From Felis catus (Eukaryota), in the NCBI RefSeq assembly GCF_018350175.1, contig NC_058368.1:151096001-151160000 (forward strand): 64,000 bases of DNA, in the 5' to 3' direction. Shown here piece after piece: positions 1-12,813 of this stretch. The stretch's first letter is position 1, and each line of letters opens with the position of its first letter. The notes beneath the pieces are model-generated. The model did no database searches. It was not told the origin of the DNA and worked only from the letters and a program-made list of their open reading frames with translations. The translations under genes were made by a program, and so were the position numbers.

Positions 1-140
1 TTTGACCTCTCTGTGTCTCAGTGTCCCCATCTATAGAAAGGGTATAATATGCGTATCTGCGTTAAAGAGCCATAATGAGAAAAAATGAGTTACTTTTTAT
101 AAAGCACATAGTAAGAGCAATTTAAATGTCTGTTATTATT
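1..140 (+). mobile_element. MIR SINE fragment
   Basis: acctctctgtgtctcagtgtccccatctatagaaagggtataata resembles the MIR core. Confidence 0.65.
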
Positions 141-615
141 AGAGTGCAGGGTTCTTGCTGGCCGTGGCAAAATGAAAAGTTTAAGAATGGAGATGAGGGC
201 TAGGCCAGAGATAAGAGGCCCATGGTTAATTCTGAAAGAGATGGGAAGCCATTGCTGGATTTTAGGCACATGAATGATGAGAAAGGCTAATCAGTCATGG
301 GGAGACTGGAGTGGGGTACAATGTGAAGCAGAGAGACAAATTAGGGGCTCTGGAAACAGCCCTGGAATGTTGCTATGAACGTGAACCAAGGCATTGGGAC
401 AGGAATGGAGAGAAAAGAATAGACTTAGGAAATACCTTGGAGGCTGAGTTTGTAAGACTTGATTCACTGGATGATGGAATGAGAGAGAGGTATAGCTCGG
501 GGATTGGATGGGAAAGATGTTATACTTTATCATCAAGCTGAGCTGAAAAAAGAGAATGCTTATCTTTTTGGTCTCTTGGTATTTATAAGCACACACTAAA
601 TGTTAAATTTACTTC

Positions 616-817
616 TTTTTTGCATGGTATTTTCTCCTCTTTACAGGTTGAGATTATTTGATTTTGAATAAAAATTACAAAGACTGAAAAGTAATTATGT
701 ACACTTGGCTTCAGAGTTTTTTGCATGGTATTTTCTCCTCTTTACAGGTTGAGATGATTTGATTTTGAATAAAAATTACAAAGCCTGAAAAGTAATTATG
801 TACACTTGGCTTCAGAG
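616..817. repeat. Tandem duplication of a 101-bp unit (616-716, 717-817), 2 mismatches
   Basis: Direct comparison; the copies differ only at attatt/atgatt and agactg/agcctg. Confidence 0.95.
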
Positions 818-2996
818 TTTCTAACTTTATCTGAGACCTTGAATTTCAATGACAATATTCAAAATTTGGAAGATACCTTTTGGTCATTTTGCTTTAGTTT
901 TCTTTTCTGAAAATGCAGAGACATTCTGGCTGGCCTTGCTTCCCCTGGTGTTATGTGATTCTCTGACATCAGCACAGATATATTCAGCTTTGACACATGA
1001 TACTGGCGGGTTTGAGAAAGAAGGGGAAGATGGTTGAGCCTGTAGCAGGACATGACAGCTAAGCTGAAGCCTACTAAATGGCATCTGCAACAGGTGTTTG
1101 TGGAACCAGAGCTACAAAGGGCTGCTTCCTCTATTTTTGAAAAGTGGGGAAATAACCTTTTCAGAAGTCTATAGTAACTGGGAAAGTTACATGCTCATGG
1201 CTATGAGATACACTCATCCAGATATAATGTTTATTATATCAGGATGGAGCAATCCTTCTTGTTTCCTTCTATTTTTGAAGCAGAAGATTCTTCTGTCTAT
1301 GGCAGAGGTCCTGAAGTAGGAAGATAAATCTGCTAAGCTCGTAAGATTTTTTTAGTTCAATGACGCTATAGCCATACATGTGGCTAACTTTTACACGTTA
1401 CAGGATTGAGTATCTTCTCTCTCCCTGGAGGGCCATTAAACTTAGTGGGCTGTCAGAGAATTGACAATGACAGCATAATTGAACAACCAAACACTTCTTA
1501 TTTTCAATAGAGAATCCTAAAGCATTTTAGCTATTAAGTAGAAACAAGAGTCTATTTCCATTAAGGCGAAGTAACCCATCCCCCCCATATATTTTTTTAC
1601 TACTTCTAATAACTTTAATCACCACTATTGGCTGTTCCTATAAAAGCATCGAGATACTGGATAAAATATCATAACATCTAAACCATTTTTTAAATTTATC
1701 TTTTTCTTGGTCTTTGTGACAGCCCCAATTCTTAGTCCCCAACATTCTCTCTAACCATAGTTTTGGCAGAGGCTTGAATCCAAGAAACACTGGTCTGGCT
1801 TTGATCTGGTTTTGTAATTTTGAGGCTACAAACCTCAAAGTATTTTTCAGGGGAAAAATGAGTACTTCATTTCACTGTTCAGCAAGATAGTATATGGAGT
1901 TTATTCATTAATTTGCCTCTACTTAATTTTTAAAAGATAGATAAAATAGGAGGCTAGTGCCATTGATTCTGTTAATTCACTGTGTAGTTCTAGTACTTTT
2001 TCTTCATTACTCACTGAATTAATGCAGAGCCAATATCAGAAGCGAGAAACATTACCCCCAAGTGGATATATTTATAAAAATGTTTTTGTATGCTGATTTT
2101 CTTTATCTTCTTTCTTAAAATTAGCAGGCTAGTAAATTTGACCCTGGCAAAATATTTTAATTAGGTTGTCCATGGATATTTCAATAAGCTTGGATGTTTT
2201 TGACATTTCAAACATAACCTTGTGTCATTCATGCCTGTCTTGTACTATTTTAAATGTACAGCATGTTACAGCTGCAGGAATTACCATGGTTACTTGTTAT
2301 GCCAATAGTGAGCTGCAGTGAGCATTAAAAACTACTGTGCTGTCTTATCTCTGCACTGAAAATGACATCAATCTCAATAATCACAATAGTATGAATTAAT
2401 ATGGAACTGTGGAGAAGTGTGACTGGCCATAGTGGAAGAAGTTCTTAAGAGTATAATATATTTAAAGAGCTTTTTTTGGGGGTACACTGTATTCCTATTC
2501 TCTAGGAGCTCATTTTAATGCCAAAATTGGCTTTATTTTATTAACAATATTGTTGAATGGTTATAATCTCACTTTCTCCTTTTAAAAATGTATTCTCCTT
2601 TAGAAGTAAACGTACAGGAGTTTGGTATTTCTTTGGGTGGAGAGAGATTCACATTAAATGTGAAATGATTAACACAGAATTCAATTGGCAAGGCTTGCTG
2701 AAGGTACTTCTGCATCCAGAGATGGCATCCAGGATTAAACTGGTTTGATCAGAGCTTTCAATTCTGATTATGTTGACTAGCTGAAGTTTGATTAAGAAAA
2801 GTTCTGGTTAACAGTATTCTTCTAAGTTACTATCCATCCCCTCCTGCTTCATAAAAATGCTTTAGAAATTCTTGGGGCCATTTTTCCATGCATCTCACAG
2901 ATCTCTCTACTTTGTTCAAAAGACTTACTTCCTGCAAATCACCCAGTAAAGGAACCCTGAACAATGACACTTGCTGTAATACAGAAGTCTACTCAC

Positions 2997-3044
2997 CTGC
3001 ACTGGTGCCCGCACCGGATGTGAGGTCTCCACCCATCAGACCAC
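2997..3044 (-). CDS. MEF2C: MEF2C 48-nt exon (G-GLMGGDLTSGAGTSA-G), phase 1-1
   Basis: Not in the ORF track. Acceptor ttcccctttaatccatag|GT, donor GCAG|gtgagt. Continues the frame of the 187-nt exon into the known MEF2C sequence GGLMGGDLTSGAGTSAG. Confidence 0.95.
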
Positions 3045-5099
3045 CTATGGATTAAAGGGGAAGATCAAAAGGAGAAAAGGCTAAAGGCCCACAAAACAAC
3101 ACACTTTACTTTTAGCAACCACAGTATTTTGGCTCTCCCAAGAGTCCTAAATTTGTAAAATAAGGTGGAAGGCTGACATTTGTTTTATTATGACATGCTG
3201 TGCTCAAACATTAAACCTACATTCAATCACTGACATTTTGCAGAATCTTTCTTTCTAACAAAGGTTACATTTTAAAAATCCAGTGTTTAAATGGTCTCTG
3301 AAATTTTATTTTTGGATGTTTTACTTAAAGTAAAAAAAAAAGAGTAAGGTTTACTATATATTTAAATAACCATATATTTGATATTTAATTCTTTGTAAAT
3401 ATATTTTCTATAATTAGTTTTGTAAAATGCTAATTGTCCAGAACTTTGGTCATTTCATGAACCTACCCACAGTGAATGACCTCATTTACTGCCTGAATTT
3501 TCCTTACTGACACCATAAAATAGGTTTCATTGGCTAAAAAGTTAGAAAGGTATGCTTATTCACTGCTAACTTAAAAAAGTACATTAACATTTGGCAGTGT
3601 TAAAATATAAGAGCTGGGAAGTTTCAGTAAGATATTGAAAATAATAATTACTGTTAGTTTTTAAGGAATAAGATTTAGCCCAAAGAACAGAGTATCAACT
3701 AGGTTATTTTCTAATGGATTCTAAGAGATACTCCATAATTATTTGTTGGTTCTTTTTTTGGAATTTGAAGAAAATGTTCATTATGTTTTAAGAAATGTTT
3801 ATTATTTCCAAACAAATAATATTTTGGAAATAAAGTATGAAATTTCAAAAAAAAATGAGCATGAGTTTATCAAATAGGAAATTCAACTGCATTTGAGTAT
3901 GACGTGAAAGGAATAACATACAGTTATTGAAAATTCTTATGAAAAACTTCAATCATAGTCAAAAGTAGAGAGAATGGCATAATGAAGTCATTTATACATA
4001 TCTCTCAGACTCAAGATTTAGCAAGATTTTATTATTTGGCTATTTTGGTTATATTTTCTATATAAGGTTTCTGTACTAAGTAGTAATACATGTTTAGTTT
4101 TAATTATAAGGCAGATATGGAAGTTTTCTCAAGGAAAAAGTCTTCTGTGAATAAACTGCTTTTAATAGAGTTATGTGTGCCTGAGACATATTAAACTCCT
4201 CCTACAGAGTGCTTTTTAAAAAATAAAATGTAATGTATAATGGTTTGCTATGTATGATTTAGAAATACAATTCTTTTTGGTGCTTCTTTTGGAAATGTGA
4301 AGGAATTGTTTGGTTGTATTTAATATGCATCTAATTAGTTCCAACTGTGAAGCTGGCAAATCAGGAAGACCTTCTTCCCTTCAAGAAGGTTCTTTAAATC
4401 CAGTGGGGAAACAGACACATATTCAATATAGCACATCATAGTGTGTTTTGCTTGATCTGAGTATGAAGAATGGTTGAACTTTTTCTGAGCACTGATTTCT
4501 TTTCTCTGGAACACTGTGAATTGCACAACAGTAGGGATTTCTTAGAAGCATTGAGACGAATTTGTGGCAGGTGTATATGTTCTTACGATGGGCTCTTAAT
4601 TTCATTTCTTTTTTTTTATTTCACACTTCTTAGAAGTTACGCTATTTTATCACATTTCTTTTCCATTTTAAATGCTTTGTGGTGTAAGTTTCTGTATAAG
4701 TAATAAAAATTGATCAAAATAATAAATAACTAAATGGCACAAATGTTATCAGAGGACAGGGGGAAGATTTCACAGAATGGGGTGATATCTGGCTAAGAGG
4801 AAAAGGGAAAATGGCATTTTAGGTGGGAGAAGAGCAGAAGCAAAAGACGGGAGACAGGATATTCTACTTTCTGTTTGAGAAAGCATGTGGTTAAAATATA
4901 GCCACATGAGAGGTTGGTGATAGATAGTCTGAACAGATAAACAGCAGATTATGAAAGATCTCACAAGACAGGCTAACGAGGTTAAAGACCTAAAATAGGG
5001 CTATTAAGCAATGAAGGAACATAACAAATGGAAAACTGAAAAAGTCAACATCTTGCCTAGAGTGGCTCCTTCTACTGATTTGCTAACATTGTGTCCTCA

Positions 5100-5390
<291 letters not shown>

Positions 5391-6934
5391 TTAAATTCCA
5401 AGCTGCTTGGTGTCTAGAAGACCATTAAGAAGAGCTCTCAACATGTTCAGATCATAAATTGATTTCTTTAATGGGCTTAGAACTCTTTCTTTGCAACTAT
5501 TAGAAAACGTTTCACTTTTGTTTAAAACAAAGCCCCATTTCATTAGACTCCATTGTCTTTGAATTCCATTCTATTAAGTAATAATTGTTCATTTGTGATG
5601 TCTGAATCTGGTGCCAGAAATGACTGCAAGATCAAAGGTACATGATTGTGATGACTTCACAGAGAAAAAGGAGGATTAAAATGCAAACCAGAGTCTTCAG
5701 TTTAATTGCTTATTGAAGCATATTTATGCAGAAGTTTAATGATATAAAATCATCTCCAGGCATGTGAATAGCACATATACTTTAATTATTATTTTTAAAA
5801 GTCTGTCTTTTGATAGTAACTCTAAAGATAATAGACATTTTAAGATCCAGAATTCAACAGAGCATGTATCATTCAATGATCCATATTTTAAAATGATAGT
5901 TCATAATGTATGTTACACTTCACATTTTGGGATATACTGACACTGACAAATGGAAAGACCTCTATGTCAAGTGAGAAAGTGAGCAAATATTTAGGGACCT
6001 GAGGTTGCGTGGATACCTAATTAGAGTAATCAGGTCCTAATTATTGATATTTTGGTATTATTTTAGCAATTTAAGCAAAATCTTGCTTATTTTTCTGCTT
6101 GTACTAGATAATCATACTTACAACTCCCTACCTCCTTTTTTCTAAAAGAAAAATTAACATTATAAATGAAAACACTGTTTGAATATATTGCCAGAGGACT
6201 CACGGTGTCAGAGCATACAGCATTCTTACTAAAAAATGGATTTATGTGCATGTTTATGTGTGTATCTAATATATATATTAGAGACAGGGTTTATATAGAA
6301 CATTCCCTCAGTATTCTCAAATAAGCCACTGTGTCAGTTTAAAAGCACATGTGCATGTGACTGAAAGGTTTTTATTTTTATTTATTTTTTTACCTTTTTT
6401 TTCAGTAATCTTAAAATCAACTTTCTTTTACTGGTTCATTGGCTGGCCTGCATCATATGGCATACTCTGCAGAAGCTGTTTATCCTGATGGTGAATTCAC
6501 TACTACTTTCTATTTATGCTGATGTTCTCTTATACTTTATTTGTCCTATTTTCTTTTTTTCCATGATCTGGACATGTCGATATTGACAGAAGCAAATGTT
6601 TCATAACTCTTTTACATGTCTTTGATTCCTCACTATTTTAGAGGAAAATAAAAATGTTCACATGCTTTACTAAAACAGTCATTCTTTATTAAGACACTAA
6701 CTTAAAGAGAGTAACAAAAATACTTTTGGATAAACATTGTCATATAATGAAATATAAACATTTGATAACACATCAAAGAATGAATATATCCCCAAATTTC
6801 TAGAGCCTTTTAAACAACAAAAAGTATTGGTGTATGCTGTAAAATATATGTCTGACAATGAATGAAATACTGTATTCCTATAGTCAAAGGCCACATAGGA
6901 ATTACTTAGAATACCTAAGGAAACAAAGATAAGT

Positions 6935-7395
6935 ACTGTGCTAGGTCTTCTCCATTTGCCCCTCCAGAAGCACTCTCCACCCTCTTCACTGCTGTGGGCC
7001 CAGGAGGCCTACTCTCCAGCCTGCATCTGCCTGGCTCTTTTCGCCCTCTGGCTTCAGCTGGACCAGTGGAGGGACCAGCAGAAGTGCAGAGAATAGGAGA
7101 GCAATCATGGTGTTTTTCTACTGTAGCTCCCTCCCTGCTGAGCCATGGGTGGACTAGTGAAGGTCATGCCTCTTTTTGGGTCCCATCTTCATAGACTTAG
7201 GTGTTGCTCTGTGTGCTCTGGTTTCTTTTCTCTCCTCTTTCTCCTTCAGGCCTAGATGTGCTAACAGCTTCCAGGTTGTAAGCCCTAATATACTTCACTA
7301 TTCCTTTGGGTTTCATGGAACGCTACCTATCAACAAATAATCCTTTTACTAAACTCCCTTCAATTACCACCGTTCCCACCAGAGCCATAATAGTG
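6935..7395 (+). mobile_element. Degraded ERVL-class solo LTR (LTR16/LTR33-like)
   Basis: GC-richer block with gccctctggcttcagctgg and a 3' end aataatccttttactaaactcccttcaattacc typical of these LTRs; recognised by eye. Confidence 0.5.
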
Positions 7396-7412
7396 ACTCT
7401 CTAGATCTAGAA

Positions 7413-7580
7413 TAGTGGTACTCTTCAGGGGTGGACTATCTCCTTAGGGAGCACTTTGGAAATCTTTGAGACAATTTCTGGGTGTCACAATGATTGGGGG
7501 GTGTGGCTGGTATTTTCTGGGTAGGTAGGCAGATATGCTGTATACCCTATTATATGTGGGACAGTTCAACACAACATCTC
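7413..7580 (+). mobile_element. MER20-like hAT DNA transposon relic
   Basis: ttagggagcactttggaaatctttgagacaatttctgggtgtcacaatgattgggggg...gggacagttc follows the MER20 consensus layout. Confidence 0.6.
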
Positions 7581-7899
7581 TTACCCCATTCAACTTTCCA
7601 AAGCCCCTCTGCACATTCACGTGTGAAAAAAACCCATTTCCAATGATGTGAGTCAGAAGTAACTTTGTTCTACGAACACAAGGTATTTCTATACATTGAA
7701 ACACAGATTTTATTATACTCTGAAATTTCCAGAAATGCAATTACTGTGTGCATTGAGGGAATATTTAACTTCGTTTTGTAAAGAACTTCATTAAGAATTG
7801 TTTACCATCTTGAAAACTCATGTCACCAATGGCAGTTCTGCTTTTATAATTTGGGTTGAAATACAGCAGTGTGTTCTCTCAGCTCATTCCATTAAAATG

Positions 7900-8890
7900 T
7901 TTTCCTCTGCCCCTTCACTGAAAATGCTCTTGTCATAGTCATTATTGACTTTCCAATGGTAAGTCCTCAGGCCTCAACTTGGGACACAGCTGGTCACTCC
8001 TTCTTGACAAACTTCCTTTCCTTTCAAGACCCTGAACTTTCCCTCCTACTGACCTCGATGGCTCTCCTTCTCCGTTTTTGTTGCTGGTTCTTTCTCTTCT
8101 CCCTGCTCTCTGAATTTAAGAGTAGCATGGTCCTTTATCTATCTGCAGTTCAGCTCTCTCTCCTGATTCAGCCTTGCATATCCAACAACCACCTCAATAT
8201 TTCTACTTGTCTCATGTCTAGTCTAATAGACATCTCAAAACCAACTCCAACCTACCTCCACTCACACCTCTCTTCATCTCCAGCTGATGACAGCTCAATG
8301 CTTCCAAAGGCACAGAATAAAATCCTTGGAGTTACCCGTGAATCTTCACTTTCTCCCCATCACCTAGTTCATCTGGAAATCCTATTGGCTTAACTTCCCA
8401 ACATACCCACTTTCCAACCACCTCTCATTCTAAAGTCTCCAGCATCATCCCCTGTTGCCTTGATCACTGCAGTTGCTTCCTTAAGAGTTGCCTGCTTCTA
8501 TCCTTGCTCTCCTTTTTATTTTTGATCTAGCAATTGAATAGATCCCTTAAAGCACAAATAAGATCATAACACCCCTCTGTTTCAAACCCTGAGAAGCTCC
8601 CACCTTACTCGTAGTAAAGCCCAGCTTCTTCCAATGTTCTATAAGGTCCTATAAATTCCAGCTTTCGCTAGGCTTCATTATCTGGTTTCCTATTGTCCTC
8701 TTCCTCCCTCCTTCATTTTTGCCTCATGTACATGGCTAACTCCATCACCTCTTCAGTTTTCTGCTGAAAATCTGGCCTTCTCAAGGAAGCCCACCCTAAC
8801 CACCTTATTTAATCATACAGCTTGCCCTACCAACCAACCATCTCTTGATCTCTTTCTCTTGCTTTTCTTTCCCTTGTAACATTACTTATG
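7900..8890 (+). mobile_element. LINE-2 fragment
   Basis: Pyrimidine-rich degraded L2 3' region (cactgaaaatgctcttgtca..., gacacagctggtcactccttcttga, aaatccttggagttacccgtgaatcttc, gatcataacacccctctgtttcaaaccct). Confidence 0.65.
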
Positions 8891-9473
8891 ATGTTGGCCA
8901 AATAATGTCCCCTTTCATCAAGCTCTTAAAGCTCTTTTGCTGCAAGGTAATGCAGAGCCTAGTCTAATATTTGTTATATGAATTGACGATTTTTCATTAA
9001 AGGAGGGTTTTTAGGAAGACACTATACTAATATGAAAATACAAGCTTACAATTTACTGTGTATTATTACCAAGCAGGCACTGGACTATATAAGTCACACA
9101 CATTATATGACCCAACACTTTCAACATCCCTTCACTGTAAGATATAATCCTTTCCTTTTTAAATCGATGAGATTAAGTGGCCCAAGATCATCTAACTAGT
9201 AAGTGACTGAGCCTATTGCTTTTTCAATTAAATCATTGTGTAACACAGTATAAGTTTTTGGAGAGAAATAAAATATTGCAGTCAGAAATGATACTGTGAA
9301 GTGAGTATGGGCTTCATGTTAACAGCTTATTTGTGTACCATGAAAATAATGAGCTAAAATGGGGTTCTTATGAAATGTGGGTGAGCATCCCTGTTGGAGT
9401 GAGCTCTGTGCTTAGGAAAAAATAAACCTTAAAGACTCCTCCTCTTCCATATTTACTCAGGTTTGGTATTTTA

Positions 9474-9680
9474 TTTTAGTTTTATTTTTTAATTTTTATT
9501 TTAGAGAGAGAGTGAGCACGTGAGCAGGGGAGAGGGGCAGAGGGACAGAGAAAGAATCTTAAGCAGGCTCCACACCCAGTGCAGAGCCTAATGTGGGGCT
9601 TGATCCTGAGACCCTGGTATCACGACCTGAGCTGAAATCAAGAGTTAGACGTTCAACTGACTGAGCTACCCAGGCGCCCC
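9474..9680 (-). mobile_element. CAN-SINE (SINEC) with 16-bp TSD
   Basis: Ends ...ctgagctacccaggcgcccc; TSD CAGGTTTGGTATTTTA at 9458-9473 and 9682-9697. Confidence 0.93.
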
Positions 9681-10660
9681 ACAGGTTTGGTATTTTAAAG
9701 CTATTTTTTAGTTACGAATGTTTTAATTTGTATTCACTATTAGTGTTTCTAAGTGTTTATCTATTGCTGGGTACTTAAGGATCTGCTATCAAACTACTCC
9801 CCTGAACATTCTACAGAGTGTTGACTGCATCTCTGTAGAGAGCAAAGCCCATTTCCCCTCACTACATGCACATCCAAAATAAAAAGGATTCTTAATAATT
9901 ATTTAATAAATTCTGAACCACTCTAATAACCAGTTCAGTGAAAACCTCTTTACTCCTCACTTCTTCTGACCATCATCCCAAAGAATTACTCAGTTTCCAG
10001 CATTCTGAACTGTAAACAATTTCGATGATAAGTATAAAATTCTCTTGTGATTGGTTACACAGTGGTCAGTAGAGCTCTGATATCAAAGCATACTTCAAAA
10101 AATCACACTTCATAATAACATGCTAACACCTTTTGCATTAAACCTTTTGCTTTGTTTCTTTTACTTCTTTATCTGTATTAGGAACTGGTTACACAGTTTT
10201 AAAGTAGAATTATAAGCTTAAAAATGACCACACTAAGGAGACAATGCAGAGACTCAGAAAGAACAACTTACTTTCTATCAGAAATCTCAGTTGTAGTCTA
10301 GTTGTGTAATAAATTGCCATTGAACCAGGCAAGTCATTTAATCTCCCTTGACCTGATTTGAGACATGAAGTGTTTACAAACATAAAGAGATGAACCAGCT
10401 CTACATGTTTTAGGGAATGCAAAGGCAGAAATAATGTATAAATGTTTACAGGAATTTGTCATTACTTGTTTTCTTCCTGACTTTTCAAAATTAGGGAAAT
10501 TAGAAGCATCTATTTAAAATATTTTTGTCTAAAAATTGAAAGCCAGAATATAGTTAAGAACTCCAAACTTACAAATATCTCAGGGCCAGGCTCCAAATTT
10601 TACAATACTTGAGACAGGAAGGAAGAGGGAATTTGGGGTGATTAAATAAAATGCTGTAGG

Positions 10661-10815
10661 CAGGACTGCTATGTACTTTGCAGGGCTCAGGGCAAAATGA
10701 AAATGACGGGCTCCTGTTAAAAAATTATGAAGAATTTCAAGATGGTGATGGCAAAGCCTCTGAGGGCAGGGCCCTGTGTAACTGCACAGGTCACATGCCC
10801 ACAATGCCAGCCCTG
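10661..10815 (-). mobile_element. MER45A-like hAT-Tip100 MITE
   Basis: CAGG...CCTG termini; internal gcaaaatgaaaatg, agaatttcaagatgg and gggccctgtgtaactgcacaggtcacatgccc match the MER45A layout. Confidence 0.7.
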
Positions 10816-12594
10816 CATAAGAGACACAGGCATGACAGCAAAAAAAGCTTTTAGTGTCTATCCCTGAGCAAACTGATCATGGTTGCTGAAGTGAGTCATC
10901 GTGGTCAGAAAGGTATCTGAACTCTTACCCAAAACCCACTATTTTCCCAAACTTACCACAAGGAAAAGTCCAATAAAAAGTCAAATAAAATATTTTTAAT
11001 AAAATATTTTTAGTTAACAGGCCTTTTTTATTTAATGTGAATGGCTAAACTGAATCCCTTTACTGGGCCATGAATGACACTCCCTTACCTTTCGATCAAC
11101 CATTCCCACGCTGCTGAGAACTGGGGGGAGAAAAACAAATCACACAACTCTGCTGACTAGTGACTACTAATTGCTGATATCCAAATCTCCGCAAGGCTGC
11201 CTGACGACTCTGGCCTGTACTTGCTCATTCCCTTCTCATTCTCGCTTTCTCGCAATGTCTACACCTTCATCGTTCTTGGTCCTCTTCTCAGCACTTAGTG
11301 CCCCACCTCACTATCTATAGACGTTAAATTCAGTACAAAACAGAGAAGTCACCAGGTGGTGGTACAGTCAGCTTCACTCTGCCCATCTACCCCCTTAACT
11401 AGGTCACAGGTCTACCTGTAACTCTGTGCTCTTCCTGTTCCGATCCCATCCTCCCCTTCCTGGAGTAGCTTTGCCATTTTACCTCCATCGCTGATACCTC
11501 TGATCTTTTCCTTCCCTGGAGCATTCCTCCTTTGCAGATAATCTCCAGGCCTTTAACTCTTTCCTTGCTCCTACTTACAGCAGTGTTTCCTGGTCTTCAC
11601 AGTCTGCTATTTGAAGAAAACACATACTCCTTCCACTTCCTCCCTTCTTGTTCTCTCTCAACCAATCTTGCAACCACCCCTCCTTCCTTCAGCCCATTTC
11701 CTAATTCCTGGTTCCTCAAATGGAACTGTTCTTTTTTGCTGTGATGCCCAGCATGAACCGTGGCAAGCCCCGCGTGAGGAAATGCTGGTCAACAAGATTC
11801 CAAATCATCCATGGATTATTTCATGTAATTGAGGAATATGGGCATAAATTATATCGTAACAGGCGCTTGCAATATTAAATTTTCTATTTTAAAAGGGAAA
11901 CTCTTCAAACCGGGTCTTTGAAATAGAAAAACAGTCTTGTAATGTTTTTAAAGAGGTGGAGACACTCCCTACATACAAAGGGCAGAGTGTCCTTGCCCTG
12001 CTGTAAATGTTTTAGCAGCTGTGGAAACTTTCAACAAAATTTACTTCCAGCAACTGAAAGCGATGTGCGAAAACTGCGCTTTTCATCGTGGAGGCTGAAG
12101 CACTTACTACAGAGAGGAAGACTCAGCAGCACAGCTAGGAGCTGTGTAGTCCTTCTCACAGCCCGACCTCTAAACTCTCATGTGGTTTTCATCCCCCACC
12201 ACACACCACTGCACCTCTTAAGAAATCATGTATCCTGATTTTGAACTCTTTACAGGACGGGATGAAATACTGCAAGGGAGCTGAGGTATGCATCACACCT
12301 CTTACTCCTAAAGCATGGGAAAAAGGATCCAGTGTGCAAATATGGGCATTCTCCCAGAGCTTCGGGGGTTAAAGCCTCATACTCATTTAAGAACATGGCC
12401 AGGGAGAGTGATCCAGGGAGAGTGATCCGCTGGAATACACATACTACTGCTCTTTCCTAGCTGTGCAGGGGATTCCTCCTGTCGCAGACACCGACAATCT
12501 TATATTCACAAACCTTTGTGCCTAGCAGCTCTAAACAGTGTATTGTATAGCTGGAGAAACTCAGCCTGTAAGAACTAAAAATTGGCCCAAAGGA

Positions 12595-12725
12595 GGGGCA
12601 CCTGGGTGGCTCAGTCAGTTGAGTGTCCGACTTTGGCTCAGGTCATGATCTCACGGTTCATGGGTTCGAGCTCCATGTCAGGCACGGAGCTGGCCGCTGG
12701 GAACCTGGAGCCTGCTTCAGATTCT

Positions 12726-12762
<37 letters not shown>

Positions 12763-12813
12763 CCTCCCTCGCTTGTGCTCTCTCTCAAAAGTAAATAAGT
12801 AAACATTAAAAAA
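12595..12813 (+). mobile_element. CAN-SINE (SINEC)
   Basis: ggggcacctgggtggctcagtcagttgag head, B-box gggttcgag, (CT)n, A-rich tail; degenerate TSD aaaattggcccaaagga/aaaattggctcaaggga. Confidence 0.93.

Noticed and set aside
7956..8393. 145-aa plus-strand ORF (longest in the track)
   Set aside because: Lies within a degraded, pyrimidine-rich LINE-2 fragment; low-complexity Leu/Ser translation.
11349..11362. CTCF-like TCACCAGGTGGTGG
   Set aside because: Lacks the conserved GGC end and sits in probable L2-derived sequence.
12595..12680. tRNA-like A/B boxes at SINE heads
   Set aside because: These are the tRNA-derived promoters of CAN-SINEs; no intact cloverleaf, so no tRNA genes are called.
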